56,529 nt of DNA from a virus (taxonomy: Duplodnaviria > Caudoviricetes), in IMG/VR virus record IMGVR_UViG_3300032291_001333, positions 1 through 56,529 of that record, one strand, 5' to 3'. A model generated the notes under the pieces. The model made no database searches, was not told where the DNA came from, and saw nothing but the letters and a program-made list of their open reading frames with translations. The first letter of the stretch is position 1, and every line of letters starts with the position of its first letter. The translations under genes and the position numbers were made by a program. Of the stretch, positions 43,907 through 55,400 are shown piece by piece.

Positions 43907-45588
43907 TTTTTCATGGCTCCCAATGATTTTTGGGCGGCAGATTCAACGGCAAACTCAAACTGTTTTTGCAATTTTTTTGCACTATCAGACATCGCAAAAT
44001 CTTTATAAAGTAATTTTGGATTTTTTTGATGTTCTTCGTAGAACGCAGAAGCAATCATTTTATCGTATTCATTCTGAAGTCTAAGTTTTCTAGCGGTATA
44101 AGCCAAAAATTCAGGAGAATTTTTTTCGTTACCTCTTACCGCTTGAACCATTTGATCTTCATAATTAGATACAGACCCCTTTAATTTTGAGGCCTGCTCA
44201 AGAGACATTTCCATTAACATTGATCTGACATTTTGAATAACTAATTGCTGTTCTTTAGGCAGATTTTTTTCAACAACCTCTTCTATTGGAAGTCTTGCCC
44301 TCCAATTACCAAGATGAAATCCTTCATTAAGATAATTTGCAATAGTTTTTCCAACAAATTCTTGACGCATAAGACCTATTGCCTCAGGATTTTTAGTTAC
44401 ATAATCTTCTAGTCTCTTTGCAATAGATATATTTTTATCTGCATCTTTAATAACATTCGGAATGTTGCTAACAATTTTATTGTTTTCTCTTTCATTAGTC
44501 GCCGCTGTTTCAACATCAGTTCTAGCTTTTGTTTCTGCGGAGGCCCTTTCTGCAGCAATTTGAGTTGTAGTCTTGGCTGTAAAAGGTTTTTCTTGAACAG
44601 CCTGTTGAGTAGATTTCTGTTCAGACAATTGGCGAATATAAGCCTGCCTCATTTCTTCACGTATCTTAGGGTCTGGATGCTGATCAATTTGAGCAAAAAT
44701 ATTTCGCGGATCGCCTTTTAAATTTGCAGAAGGTAGATTTGCAGGAGTTGAAGGCGCGGATGATGCGGCAGAAGGAGCGCCTTGACCACGGAGGCTTGCT
44801 ATTCTTGCATTACCTTCTTCCGGACTAATTCGTTCATCAGCAACCAATTCACGAATGGTTTTTTCTGCAGCAACTATATCTGTCTCCCTGCCGTAGATGT
44901 TCGAACGTGCGGCAAACGCTCTTGCACCGGCTTGCTGCTCAGGAGGAAGCATTGAAATGTAAGCGTTTAAAGCCTTAGTAGCTTCAGCACTCTTTGACTC
45001 GTCAAGCTGGAATTTAAGCAAATTAGTTATTGCTGACTTCGGATCAAGGACAGATGCTATGTCAAGCATTTGAAGAGCCTGCGGGGACAGATTCATACCG
45101 CCTTGACCACCCGAACTGCCTTGCCCTCTTAACTGGCTGATCGCACCCCTGAGCATGTTATCTTTGCTTTGCTCAAGCTCTTTTAAATTAAGATCAAGCT
45201 TCATCTTTGCAAGATCAGTCTCAATTCCGCGACGCTCTTTCTGGACAGCACTTACCCCACCCAACGCATTGCTCAGAGACTCACCAAAACTGCCGCCGCG
45301 AGTAGGTGCGCCAAAGCCCTGCGCCAAGGCCATGAAGAGGTCCTGAGGGCCGGAGATACGCGCCTCAAGACTTTCAATAAGCCGTCTGCTAATTGCATTA
45401 ACTTCGCGCCTTTGCTCATCGTATTCAATTCTTGCCTTAGTCAGAGGGTCCATAGCCTCCTTCGTGACCATCTGCTCCGGAGATGGTTGTCCCAGAGGAG
45501 GAGGCGGCGACCCTTGAGGATCATATCCAATATCATAAATTGGATTTGAAACTAACGCATCAAGACCACCTTGATTTTTATCGGCCAT
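43903..45588 (-). CDS. Putative DNA ejection/internal virion protein
   Basis: LAQGFGAPTRGGSFGESL motif; helical; C-terminal GSVSNYE motif. Confidence 0.65.
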   Translation of the reverse strand: MADKNQGGLDALVSNPIYDIGYDPQGSPPPPLGQPSPEQMVTKEAMDPLTKARIEYDEQRREVNAISRRLIESLEARISGPQDLFMALAQGFGAPTRGGSFGESLSNALGGVSAVQKERRGIETDLAKMKLDLNLKELEQSKDNMLRGAISQLRGQGSSGGQGGMNLSPQALQMLDIASVLDPKSAITNLLKFQLDESKSAEATKALNAYISMLPPEQQAGARAFAARSNIYGRETDIVAAEKTIRELVADERISPEEGNARIASLRGQGAPSAASSAPSTPANLPSANLKGDPRNIFAQIDQHPDPKIREEMRQAYIRQLSEQKSTQQAVQEKPFTAKTTTQIAAERASAETKARTDVETAATNERENNKIVSNIPNVIKDADKNISIAKRLEDYVTKNPEAIGLMRQEFVGKTIANYLNEGFHLGNWRARLPIEEVVEKNLPKEQQLVIQNVRSMLMEMSLEQASKLKGSVSNYEDQMVQAVRGNEKNSPEFLAYTARKLRLQNEYDKMIASAFYEEHQKNPKLLYKDFAMSDSAKKLQKQFEFAVESAAQKSLGAMKK

Positions 45589-45596
45589 AATTTTTC

Positions 45597-46679
45597 TCAG
45601 TAATCATAGATTTCATTTACAAGATCAGAGAGATCATCACCAATATCATAAATTGGATTGGAGACGTCATCAATAATTGGACTGGAGCCACCACCGGTAG
45701 TGTCTCCACCAGTAGTCCCGCTGGGAGGGGCTGGTAATGGCGGGACATTAGGGGCGGGACGTAATGGTGGAAAATCAGGGTTTCTTCCTCTAATAATATC
45801 AAGGAGTCCCTGATATAAGTTGCCACCAGCAGAAGGACCGGTTCCATCCCTACCCGTAGGACTTGCAAGAAGGCCAGCGGTAGAAAGAACTTGAAGCAAC
45901 TGAGAAAGACCGGACTGCTGATACGCCCCCGGCATCGGACCCTTGAACGTCTGAGTTTGAGATGTCGGCACCTGAATTCCTCTCATCACGTTCGAAGCCT
46001 TCGTCAGTGCGCTCATCGGGTAATCAAGCTGCGCCTGCTCCTGCGCCTGCTGTTGAGCGCCAAGCTTAGACATCACATCAAGGCCACCCACACCTTGCTC
46101 ATAAGCGCGGCCACTGAGTTCGCCAAGCGTCTTTGATGCATTGAGATTAAGCTCAGCCTGCGCCTTCGCTGCAGCCGTTGCAGCGTCAAAGCCTTGCGCC
46201 AGATACTTAGCCTGAAGGCCACTGGTATCGAGCGCGGATTCACGCGCCACGTTGCCGTAGACCTGCATGCCTCGCTTCGATCCGAACTGACCCGATCCTA
46301 CCGCACCGGCAGTCGCTGCAGGAGCCAGCCTATTCTGGAAGTTCTGAAGGCCAGTTCGACCAATCTCACTGATGACCCGCTGCGTGTAGGGGTTCATGTA
46401 TTGATCGATGTTCTGCATGAACGGCTGAGTCGCCACGTTCGTAGCGGTCTGCGTCGCCTGAGCCAATGCAGGTTGACCCGCCTGAATGGCTGTAGGCGCA
46501 TTGGCAAAATTCTGAGTCTGCAGGGGGCTAAAGCCAGCAACACCACCGGTATCGACGGCATTCATCGCACCACTGGCAAGCAGACTTTGATAGTTGTTAT
46601 ACCATTCCGGAGCAGTCGTCGCAGTGGTCTGCGTCGTCTGAACATCCGGCATCGGATCGCCTTGAGTGAAACTAGCCAT
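45597..46679 (-). CDS. Putative DNA ejection (pilot) protein
   Basis: VAGFSPLQ, YMNPY, A...GQFGSKRG, GAQQQAQEQAQLD motifs. Confidence 0.7.
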   Translation of the reverse strand: MASFTQGDPMPDVQTTQTTATTAPEWYNNYQSLLASGAMNAVDTGGVAGFSPLQTQNFANAPTAIQAGQPALAQATQTATNVATQPFMQNIDQYMNPYTQRVISEIGRTGLQNFQNRLAPAATAGAVGSGQFGSKRGMQVYGNVARESALDTSGLQAKYLAQGFDAATAAAKAQAELNLNASKTLGELSGRAYEQGVGGLDVMSKLGAQQQAQEQAQLDYPMSALTKASNVMRGIQVPTSQTQTFKGPMPGAYQQSGLSQLLQVLSTAGLLASPTGRDGTGPSAGGNLYQGLLDIIRGRNPDFPPLRPAPNVPPLPAPPSGTTGGDTTGGGSSPIIDDVSNPIYDIGDDLSDLVNEIYDY

Positions 46680-49600
46680 TTTTACTTCCTTTCGGCTTTT
46701 GCGCCATTTTCAGGTATTCCAAAGGGCTTTTGGCCTTCGGGGGTATTTTATCAGTAGGCGCTGATCTTTTATGCGCCCGAATATTTTCACGAAACTTGTC
46801 CAAAATCTCTGCGCCAGCCTTGGAAGAGCCATCCCCAAGGGCGGCAACCGTATCCGCGTCGATCACGTATTCGCCGTCTGCAAGCATCGTAGGAATGTCG
46901 TCCGACTGACCCGTCCCCGGACCATTCACCGCAAAGCCTCTCTTCATGTGGCGAGCGTAGTATCGATCCTCAGGGCCGGGAATGAACTCTACAGGATTGT
47001 GTTCGGCATGAACCTCGCCGCCGACCTTGTAGCCGCGCTTACCGAGGACCGAAGCAAGCTCACCAATAATCTGAGAGTAGTCTTTTTCCTGAGACGGCTG
47101 AGCCTGACCTGAATTAACAAAACTCGGCTGGAGATAAGACTTTAAAGGACTGTCATATTTCTGATTAGGCTCGGCTAAAATTTTTCCAAGCTTTTCCATC
47201 GTGTTTTGGTAATTTATGCCTTCAAGTTGCCTCTGAGTTTCAGCCTGTCCAGTCGCAACATTTTGCGAAAGTCCTGAAACAGTTCCGCCCAAATTAGAAA
47301 CACTTCCAAGTAAACCGGAAACGGTCCCACCCAAACCTGAAACACTTCCAAGTAAACCGGAAACGGTCCCGCCCAAATTACTTATTTGATTGCCGACCTC
47401 TTCAAACTGAGTTCCGGTATCAAGACCAAGCTCAGTCAGTTGACGGTTAATGTCTTCATTGGACTGAGTGACATCTTCACTCAAGTCATCGATTGCCATT
47501 CTCGTCGCTGTATCTCTGTCAAGCCCTGACTGCATGTAGGCATTGATGTTTGTTTGAAGAGCATTAATTTGAGTATTAACATCTTCAAACTGAGTGCCGG
47601 TATCAAGACCAAGTTCTGACAGTTGACGGTTGATGTCTTCATTAGACTGAGTGAAATCATTGCTAAGATCATCAATCGCCAATTGCAATGCGGTATCTCT
47701 ATCGATACCAGACTGCATATAGGCATTCACGTTTGTTTCAAGAGAATTGATGCCGGTTTGAAACTGCTCAGTCAAACCTGTCTGGACGTCACTAATAGCC
47801 TGCTCAAGAGTTTTACCTTGGCTCAATAGAGCCAATGCCTGATCTTTTTGAGTGTCGCTTAATTGGTCAAATTGAGACTGAAAGCTTTCCTGAACTCCAG
47901 TCAATTGATTGGTAAGCCCCGTTCTAACGTCACCAATTTGCTCAGTCAAACCTGTTCGAACGTCACTAATAGCTTGATTAGTATTTAGTCCAAGTTCCGT
48001 CAGTTGACGATTAATGTCTTCATTTGACTTAGTGACATCTTCACTCAAGTCATCGATTGCTAATTGAGTAGCAGTGTCTCTATCAATTCCTGACTGAATA
48101 TAAGAATTAATTTTTGTATCTAGTTCATTAATTCCTGTTTGAAACTGCTCAGTCAAGCCAGTCTGAACGTCACTAATAGCTTGCTCAAGCGTTTTACCTT
48201 GGCTCAATAAAGCCAATGCCTGATCTTTTTGTGCGTCACTTAATTGGTCAAATTGAGTCTGAAAGCTTTCCTGAACTCCAGTCAATTGATTGGTAAGCCC
48301 CGTTCTAACGTCACCAATTTGCTCAGTCAAACCTGTTCGAACGTCACCAATCTGATCAGTCAAACCTGTTCGAACGTCACTAATTGCTTGATTAGTATTT
48401 AGTCCAAGTTCCGTCAGTTGACGATTGATATCTTCATTAGACTGAGTGAAATCATTGCTAAGATCATCAATTGCTAATTGAGTCGCAGTATCTCTGTCAA
48501 TACCTGATTGAATATAAGAATTAATTTTTGTATCTAAATCATTAATTCCTGTTTGAAGTTGACCGGTCAGTTCTGTCTTAACACTGTCAATAGCACTTTC
48601 AAGTGACTGACCCTGACTAACTAACGCAAGAGCTTGATCTTTTTGAGCGTCGTTCAATTGATCAAACTGAGCTTGGAAATTACTTTCAAGACCTGTGATT
48701 TTATCAGTCAAGCCTGTTCTAACGTCACCAATCTGCTCAGTCAAACCTGCTTGAACGCTACTTATGGCACTCTCAAGTGACTGCCCTTGGCTCAATAGAG
48801 CCAACGCCTGATCTTTTTGTGCGTCGCTTAATTGATCAAATTGCGTCTGAAAGCTTTGCTGAACTCCAGTCAATTCATTAGAAAATTGGGAACCAAGATT
48901 TTCAAGTCCAGTTTGGAATTGATTCGTAAGTCCTGTTTGAACGCCAGTAAGTTGATCGGTAAGTCCTGTTTGAACATTGGCAATAGCTTGCTCCAAAGAT
49001 TCACCTTGAGCAATTCGATCACTTATTTCTTGCTGCTGTAAAGCAGTCAAGTTGGATATCTGGTCGTTTAACATTGACTGATCCGGAGTGTTGTTGACTG
49101 CATCTAGCGGAGGCAAAAAATTTTGCGTTTGCCCCCCAACTGGCGGTTCTGTCGGAGGATTAACAATATTGTTTATTGCTTCATCGACAAAAAGAGACTC
49201 AGGAGATTGAGTATTTTCTTGAACCTCAGGAGTAATAACAGGGGCTTCTGTAGAAGTAGGCGGTGGCGATTCATCCGGAACCATGAATGCCATAGTTCCA
49301 TCAGGAAGTGTTGTTGCCTCAATACCACCTTGGTTAGCCTCATCGTAGGTGGCAAGACGCATTCCCTTTGGTGCCTGAATTGTTTCAGAGCCTTCCATTC
49401 CCTGATAAAAAGGAGAGCCTGCAACATCAATTCTGGTCCCGCCTACATTAGATGTGTCGGCATATTGAAGCGGCGACAAGTCGTTACCAGCTACAACGGG
49501 AGGAGCTATGGTAGTCGGTGCTGCTCCACCGTAATATCCGCCAGCCTGAGCTTCAACGTCCCTTGAGTTCGGATCAGATAAAAGATTAGTTGCCAAAGAC

Positions 49601-50958
49601 ACGCCGTTTTTTAGCAGCGAATTTGCCAACGCAGTTTCAACATCACCACCCTGAATTGCTGTCGATATCACAGGTGTGGCAATGCTTGTTATTGATTTAA
49701 CAATGTCAGGAGAAATTCCTGAGTCAGAAAGACCGCCAGATACAGCGCCACCGACGCCAGAATTCACAAGGCTACCGATGATCGCCTGCTCGACATCGCC
49801 ACCGGAAGCGCCGACCCTAACTGCCGTTGCAGCAGCTTTTGTTATGGCATCTGCAACAGATTTTGGAACTTCAAGCGCCTGCGCAACCTCTGATGAAATC
49901 CCAGAAAGCCCTCCAGTTAATCCTGCGCCGACGCCACCAGTCAGCGCACCCTTCAAAAAGTCGCCACCGCCAATCTCTGCGGTCGTGCCGCCGATCAAAG
50001 CGCCAGCCAACGCATTACCAGCAAGGCCACCACCGAATGCGCCAGCCATAGGGCCAAGCGCCATGCCGCCGATGATCATCGGAATCAGGGAGCCAAGGTT
50101 AAATCCGCTGCTATAGCCTTGCTGCTCAAATGTTTGCCAAGTCGGGACACCTGCTTGATGCGCAGTTCCAAACGCATCAATGTCAGCCATCTTCGCCTGA
50201 GGCGTCTGGTATGTTGTTCCTCGCGCTTGAATTACGTCCGGACTATTCAGGAATTGATGCTTTACAGCCTCAGTGATTAAAGCGGTATTTGCGCCCGGTC
50301 CGTAGCCGAATGTATTGCCGTTAGGACCTACGTTCTTGACGTAAAAATCAAGAGCTACTTCATCGGGATTCTTCGCTGGACGCTTACCCTCTGCAGCAAG
50401 CTTGTCATACTCATTCCAAAGCTCGTTACGAGTATTCGCAGCAATGTAGTTTGCTTGGTATTGAGTGGGATCAAGGTGCGACCAATCAGTAACGCGACCT
50501 TGCGCATACTGAGTTCCACCCCACAGCGCATTCAGGTTAAAGTGCTGACGATTGGAAAGACCCTCGTAAACATTATCGATGTTCCAAGGCACATAACCAG
50601 ACGAATAAGTATTTTTTGCGTCTTGATAAGAACTAAATCCATAATCTTGATCATTACCAATATTAAGACCAATAGATTTTTTTGTTATCGGATTTCCAGA
50701 TGTATCACGCAGAATAGTAAATTCACTATCATCTTCACTACCGCTGTTGTATCCCAATACGCCATTTTGTTCAGACAAGAACGGCATCAATCCATTAGGA
50801 GCAAAATACCTTAAATAGCCGCCACCTCCATCGCTATCAGTGCCATATTGAATGCCGCCGCCACCCTGAACACCAACATTCGCCCATCCAATAGATTCAG
50901 GAGTAATTAGATTTAATGCCTTACCAGAGTAAGAAACACGCTGATCATTAAGAGCCAT
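46672..50958 (-). CDS. Large internal virion/ejection protein with amphipathic helical repeats
   Basis: 1428 aa; Gly-zipper hydrophobic region; long 11-aa and 127-aa repeats; C-terminal GPGTGQSDDIPTMLADGEYV...LGDGS..AGA motif. Confidence 0.75.
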   Translation of the reverse strand: MALNDQRVSYSGKALNLITPESIGWANVGVQGGGGIQYGTDSDGGGGYLRYFAPNGLMPFLSEQNGVLGYNSGSEDDSEFTILRDTSGNPITKKSIGLNIGNDQDYGFSSYQDAKNTYSSGYVPWNIDNVYEGLSNRQHFNLNALWGGTQYAQGRVTDWSHLDPTQYQANYIAANTRNELWNEYDKLAAEGKRPAKNPDEVALDFYVKNVGPNGNTFGYGPGANTALITEAVKHQFLNSPDVIQARGTTYQTPQAKMADIDAFGTAHQAGVPTWQTFEQQGYSSGFNLGSLIPMIIGGMALGPMAGAFGGGLAGNALAGALIGGTTAEIGGGDFLKGALTGGVGAGLTGGLSGISSEVAQALEVPKSVADAITKAAATAVRVGASGGDVEQAIIGSLVNSGVGGAVSGGLSDSGISPDIVKSITSIATPVISTAIQGGDVETALANSLLKNGVSLATNLLSDPNSRDVEAQAGGYYGGAAPTTIAPPVVAGNDLSPLQYADTSNVGGTRIDVAGSPFYQGMEGSETIQAPKGMRLATYDEANQGGIEATTLPDGTMAFMVPDESPPPTSTEAPVITPEVQENTQSPESLFVDEAINNIVNPPTEPPVGGQTQNFLPPLDAVNNTPDQSMLNDQISNLTALQQQEISDRIAQGESLEQAIANVQTGLTDQLTGVQTGLTNQFQTGLENLGSQFSNELTGVQQSFQTQFDQLSDAQKDQALALLSQGQSLESAISSVQAGLTEQIGDVRTGLTDKITGLESNFQAQFDQLNDAQKDQALALVSQGQSLESAIDSVKTELTGQLQTGINDLDTKINSYIQSGIDRDTATQLAIDDLSNDFTQSNEDINRQLTELGLNTNQAISDVRTGLTDQIGDVRTGLTEQIGDVRTGLTNQLTGVQESFQTQFDQLSDAQKDQALALLSQGKTLEQAISDVQTGLTEQFQTGINELDTKINSYIQSGIDRDTATQLAIDDLSEDVTKSNEDINRQLTELGLNTNQAISDVRTGLTEQIGDVRTGLTNQLTGVQESFQSQFDQLSDTQKDQALALLSQGKTLEQAISDVQTGLTEQFQTGINSLETNVNAYMQSGIDRDTALQLAIDDLSNDFTQSNEDINRQLSELGLDTGTQFEDVNTQINALQTNINAYMQSGLDRDTATRMAIDDLSEDVTQSNEDINRQLTELGLDTGTQFEEVGNQISNLGGTVSGLLGSVSGLGGTVSGLLGSVSNLGGTVSGLSQNVATGQAETQRQLEGINYQNTMEKLGKILAEPNQKYDSPLKSYLQPSFVNSGQAQPSQEKDYSQIIGELASVLGKRGYKVGGEVHAEHNPVEFIPGPEDRYYARHMKRGFAVNGPGTGQSDDIPTMLADGEYVIDADTVAALGDGSSKAGAEILDKFRENIRAHKRSAPTDKIPPKAKSPLEYLKMAQKPKGSKNG
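47270..48975 (-). repeat. Nested coding repeats (33-bp units within ~381-bp duplications)
   Basis: Near-identical blocks starting at 47878 and 48259 (offset 381); TEQIGDVRTGL and QSGIDRDTA.QLAIDDLS units. Confidence 0.9.
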
Positions 50959-50959
50959 A

Positions 50960-51211
50960 TTAATTCCTCGGACTTATCGCGCCAATCATGGCGGTCGCCC
51001 AGCCCTGCCAATCCTCATACAAAGCAGGGTTCGGCATAGCGTCATTTTGAAATACGTCAATCGCCATAAGACCTGACGCCCAATCCTTCCACTGATCTTC
51101 AGGGACTCCAATCTGCAGTTGCTGGCCCGCATAAGCTTCAACCATAAGACTAGACCAATTATCCCAAGTCTGGTATCTCGGATCGTAGATAAGTGGAAGC
51201 TGGTCGTCCAT
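50960..51211 (-). CDS. Small Trp-rich virion-region protein
   Basis: 83 aa, YDPR...W..W...WKDWA...P.P..YEDWQGWA. Confidence 0.75.
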   Translation of the reverse strand: MDDQLPLIYDPRYQTWDNWSSLMVEAYAGQQLQIGVPEDQWKDWASGLMAIDVFQNDAMPNPALYEDWQGWATAMIGAISPRN

Positions 51212-53469
51212 CAGTAACCCCTTACGTCGCCAACGTCTGCGCTCAAAAGCAAGTTACCAAGCTGATAATTGCCGCCCTGCTCATTGCTTACGAAAATCAA
51301 GCGAAGCTGCCGACGCTGCTCCTTCATGTCAATCTTGTCCGTGGTCGAGTCAAATACATACGGATCGGAAACCTTGTCCTCGGACTGAGCGTAAGGGCGT
51401 CCTGTAACATATAGAGACATCTCCCCTTCCATGATGAAGTCAGGCTCAATTCTCTCAAGTCTTAGCCAGTTGTTCTGACCTACCGGGGAAGGCTGCGTAG
51501 GACCTCCCGTAACAAGGCCAAGGTCATTTGTTTCAAATGAGCTATAGATTGCGCTTTCAACCTGCCCCTGAATCTTGTTTACGCCAATCTCATGCTGCCA
51601 GAGGCTGATCTTGTTCGGCTGAGTTTCAAAACTGGCAGACACCGTAGCACTCGCCGTGCAGGCAGCAGACAGCAAAATATTGTAGAAACCGGCATACAAG
51701 CTGTTGATCGTGACAGGAGCCGCTACCGTCTGACTGGTATCAAGCGTATACGTTCCAACGCCACCAGTTCCAGTGCCATAGGCGGTGATCGTCGTGTTTG
51801 CTGTTATGCCAGTCCCAGAGATGTCTTGATTGACTTTTATCGTCCCTGACGTCACCGCAGATACGGTCAAAGTTGTTCCGGCAATCGTTCCGGTAAACAC
51901 AGCAGAGCAAGGCTGAATATCAGCAATTTCAGTGTCGTCAGGGACGCCGGTAGCAATAACCAACTGCTGAGTCTGAAGCTGCGAACTGATCGATGTGACA
52001 ACGACGTTGCTGGTATTCAGCGTCGTTATGTTCTGAGTCAAAACAACATCCTGCTCAGTTAAATCCTCTCCAGCCATAATAGGGAAGGCAAATACCTGAG
52101 AGAAGTATCCAGCAGTCCTGCGCGATCCAAGCGCCTCGCCAGCGTCATACCATGTCTGCTCACGAATGTTGTAGATGATCGCGTCATTGCATTCTTCCGA
52201 ATCACCCCTCGGATAGAACCACCATATTTCACCGAAGCGCGGGACCTTTGTAGCCCACACCTTCTCACGCTGCGAGTAGTTAAGGTTGTCGAAGAACCAG
52301 TTCTGGTTCATCGTGTTCGGCACCTCTTTGATCGTGCCGTTGTATAGCAAGAACCTATCAACGCCAATCCAGTAATAGATGCCGTCATACTCAATGATGC
52401 ACTGGCTAGACAGGACAGAAGTCCCGCCGATGATGTCGTAACGCCAAAAAATTGTATCTTCACCAATAGTGGTCGGTGCGTAGCTCACACGGATCAAAGA
52501 GTCCAAAGACCAGAAAAGACCAGAAGGAGAGTTTGATCCGCCGCGAACAGGAAGACCCTTTACAATCTTTTGGCTTGATATGTTTACTTCATTCGCGTCA
52601 GGACTGTTCCAATCGAATACATTGCCTGCTGAACAATTCTTGATAAGGCCATTATCTCCAAACGCAAAAACATATGGATGAAGTGACACAAAACCACCAG
52701 AGACTGAAATGTAATCATTTGTCGGAGAAGTGCCTTGTGAGTCGCGCAGAGGATAGACAATATCGCCAGCAGGATCACCGGCAAGAATTACTGTGGCAGT
52801 TGTCCCGTCGATCTGGACAAGGTTCTGACCCGGATGCGCAAGAAGCAAGTTATTGTTTCCACCGGTAGAGTCAAAGAATCCGTCAAATTGCCACAGGTTC
52901 TTATCGCTTTGGATGAAATTAGAATTTACAGTTGCAACCGTAACGCTGAATCCAGAGCCAGTCCCGCCGATACTTGCAGCAGCAGCAGAGAGGATATCGC
53001 CAACGATATACCCGTTGCCTTGGGTCGTTATGGTGACTGCGGTCACTACAGCGCCTGCAACAGTTATCGTAGCTAACGCACTGAACCCACTGCCACCAGT
53101 CAACGTGACACTGGTATAGGTGCCGTTCGTATAAGACGATCCGCCAACAAGGCCGGATGTCGTAAGAATTGGACCACCAAACCGATATTCAGTGATGCCG
53201 GAGCCAATGCCGTTGTTGTCGCAAAGAAACCTTTGAAGACCGTTGTTATACCCGTTGAAAATTCTGTTGTATCCATCCTCGGACTCAACGAAAATTCCTC
53301 TGGAGTATCCGTCGAATTGATTGCTCATCTCGCGGTATCCGCCGATCTTCCTCGGACGCCCGCGCTGAAACCTCACCCACTCGCCATCGTTGTAAAACTG
53401 CTTGTCGAGTATGGTCCCGTCCCGTTGAATGCCGGGCTTGGTATCAATCGATAATACTTTTTCGGTCAC
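51211..53469 (-). CDS. Tail nozzle / tail tubular protein B-like (P22 gp10-like)
   Basis: KPGIQRDGT...[32 protein letters not shown] motifs; position before the ejection genes. Confidence 0.75.
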   Translation of the reverse strand: MTEKVLSIDTKPGIQRDGTILDKQFYNDGEWVRFQRGRPRKIGGYREMSNQFDGYSRGIFVESEDGYNRIFNGYNNGLQRFLCDNNGIGSGITEYRFGGPILTTSGLVGGSSYTNGTYTSVTLTGGSGFSALATITVAGAVVTAVTITTQGNGYIVGDILSAAAASIGGTGSGFSVTVATVNSNFIQSDKNLWQFDGFFDSTGGNNNLLLAHPGQNLVQIDGTTATVILAGDPAGDIVYPLRDSQGTSPTNDYISVSGGFVSLHPYVFAFGDNGLIKNCSAGNVFDWNSPDANEVNISSQKIVKGLPVRGGSNSPSGLFWSLDSLIRVSYAPTTIGEDTIFWRYDIIGGTSVLSSQCIIEYDGIYYWIGVDRFLLYNGTIKEVPNTMNQNWFFDNLNYSQREKVWATKVPRFGEIWWFYPRGDSEECNDAIIYNIREQTWYDAGEALGSRRTAGYFSQVFAFPIMAGEDLTEQDVVLTQNITTLNTSNVVVTSISSQLQTQQLVIATGVPDDTEIADIQPCSAVFTGTIAGTTLTVSAVTSGTIKVNQDISGTGITANTTITAYGTGTGGVGTYTLDTSQTVAAPVTINSLYAGFYNILLSAACTASATVSASFETQPNKISLWQHEIGVNKIQGQVESAIYSSFETNDLGLVTGGPTQPSPVGQNNWLRLERIEPDFIMEGEMSLYVTGRPYAQSEDKVSDPYVFDSTTDKIDMKEQRRQLRLIFVSNEQGGNYQLGNLLLSADVGDVRGY

Positions 53470-54719
53470 GTAAACGTGCCTCCAGATACGCCACTGGTGA
53501 AGTTGCCTACTCCAGTAACATCAATCCCGGCAGCTTCAACCGTCAAAACATTAACGCCAAGAACGCTGACATTGAATTTACCAGCGCCACTACGATATAC
53601 GCCAGTCGAAGCTTCGCTACCAAAGTTCAATGCTGGAGCGCCTACAGTTCCATTGGAAAGGCTTATTGATGTATTACCCGCCTGAAAGGTATTGGCATTT
53701 ACAAGATTTACGGAATCACAGATTAGTGTAGCCTGCTGAGCGGCAGGAATAATTGCGTTTGCACCGCCAGCAACTCCAGTGCTAAGAGTAACCGTAAAGT
53801 TACTTGCGCTTCCTGATGTGGCATTTTGGACGTAATAAACTTGAATTGTCGGAGGAACAATGATCGTCACGTTACCCGTAAGATCACCGACGCTCACATA
53901 TTTCTGAATGACGTTAGAAGCCTCAGAGCTAGTAAGCGTGTATGTCCCTGTGCTTACGGTTTTGACTAACTGCGAGAAGTTAAACTGAGTATTCTTTCCA
54001 AGGCCAACGGTAAAAAACTCAGAGCCAGAGCAGGCAATAAAACAAGAGTCAGAAGGCTGAAGGCCAATTGAGTTTGAGTCATTGATTGTATCTGAGCCAC
54101 CGCAAGCAATAGTCAGAAGACCTGTCCCTGAGTTCCTGACCTGAACAAACCAATTGTTACCAAGCGTAGCTGCAAGAGTAAGAGTTAAAGTTCCTGCGCC
54201 ACCAATCCATGAAAGAAGCGAAGCTCTGTCGGTATCTATCGCTGTTCTGGCATTTGAAAACGAAGTAACCGGGGAAGACTGATTCAGCGTAAGACCCGAA
54301 GCAAGTAGACCATAACCTGCAAGAGTCGCCGCATCAGCACTGGAAGTCCCGGTCCCAAAAGAAATAATTCCCCAAGTTCCTTCTTCATCCGGATTGTCGG
54401 TGACGTAGATGTATTTCGCTTCACCAGCAGCGATTGAGATGATCGTCCCTACTCCAGCGTAGTCCTTTACCACAAACGTATTTGCGCCTACGTTGCGGAT
54501 CAGCGCGTCGTTACCAACGGACGTCTGATTTGCTGGAGGCATCCAAAGCTCAAGGCCAGCAGTGCTTGCCGTGACCTCCATGATCCGCGCAGAGTAGTCG
54601 TCAGTCGCGTTCCCGTTGATCGGCCACTGAAGCTGAGTGTCTGCCGTAATCGTAAACGCACGATACGAAACGTCAGTCGGCTGGATTGTATTTCCGGTGA
54701 AGGGGGAGTTATAGCTCAT
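53466..54719 (-). CDS. Tail structural/fibre-like protein
   Basis: Likely ATG at 54719 (MSYNSPF); Thr/Ser/Gly-rich beta protein with C-terminal GTVGAPAL.F...TGVYR fibre module. Confidence 0.7.
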   Translation of the reverse strand: MSYNSPFTGNTIQPTDVSYRAFTITADTQLQWPINGNATDDYSARIMEVTASTAGLELWMPPANQTSVGNDALIRNVGANTFVVKDYAGVGTIISIAAGEAKYIYVTDNPDEEGTWGIISFGTGTSSADAATLAGYGLLASGLTLNQSSPVTSFSNARTAIDTDRASLLSWIGGAGTLTLTLAATLGNNWFVQVRNSGTGLLTIACGGSDTINDSNSIGLQPSDSCFIACSGSEFFTVGLGKNTQFNFSQLVKTVSTGTYTLTSSEASNVIQKYVSVGDLTGNVTIIVPPTIQVYYVQNATSGSASNFTVTLSTGVAGGANAIIPAAQQATLICDSVNLVNANTFQAGNTSISLSNGTVGAPALNFGSEASTGVYRSGAGKFNVSVLGVNVLTVEAAGIDVTGVGNFTSGVSGGTFT

Positions 54720-54720
54720 G

Positions 54721-55356
54721 TTATGTATCCAATACGTTTGCCTGACGATCAGCAATACGCTGAACGTCTTCGGTCTTCAGTGAGGCAACAATCGCGCTAT
54801 ATTGCGCCTGCCACATGGGAAGCCTTGCATCGTTCTTCAGGAAGGGCATCGCCTGCAGCAGTGAGCCGTATAGCAGCGCCTGAGGAGCGTAGATCGTGAA
54901 CCAGTTGGTTTGATTCGAAGAGTCGAGCGGCTGGACGCGCTCGTAATAAACCACTTCGAAGGGATAATCGCCTGCAGGAGTCGGAGCCACCAGCCAGTGC
55001 GTGTAGTCGTAATCGCAGTAGAACTTCGGCGTCCCCGTTGCTGTAGGGTCCGGAGCGTATTCCCGCAGATATTCATACTTGCGCAGGAAGACAGGATATC
55101 GTTGACCGGCCACGGTCACGTTCATCGATACCGTCTTGCGCCATCTGGCGGGCTTGTCGATGACCGGCTGGTTTAACGTCAACGTGCTGGTCTGGACTGT
55201 AAGATTACCGAGAAACTTGATGTCGGCGGCGATGGTCTGCTCGGCCAGCATGATGAAGCTGGGAATCTTCTCGATGGTCGCGGTGTCGGTCCGTTCAAGG
55301 TAGGACTGGATGTCAGCAACCAAGCTATCGTAAGTCATTACTGCGGCGACTGTCAT
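54721..55356 (-). CDS. Tail adaptor / tail tubular protein A-like
   Basis: MTYDSL...IPSFIMLAE, G.PKFY, VAPTP, NW...APQALLYGSL.QA.PFLKND motifs. Confidence 0.75.
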   Translation of the reverse strand: MTVAAVMTYDSLVADIQSYLERTDTATIEKIPSFIMLAEQTIAADIKFLGNLTVQTSTLTLNQPVIDKPARWRKTVSMNVTVAGQRYPVFLRKYEYLREYAPDPTATGTPKFYCDYDYTHWLVAPTPAGDYPFEVVYYERVQPLDSSNQTNWFTIYAPQALLYGSLLQAMPFLKNDARLPMWQAQYSAIVASLKTEDVQRIADRQANVLDT

Positions 55357-55400
55357 AACACAAATCCTCTTGATTTCACTGCATTTTCGCTATGTTAGCA

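Noticed and set aside
47270-48975. CRISPR array or DGR template/variable repeat
   Set aside because: The repeats are in frame within a CDS, have no unique spacers and no adenine-specific mismatch pattern, and I recognised no cas or reverse transcriptase gene
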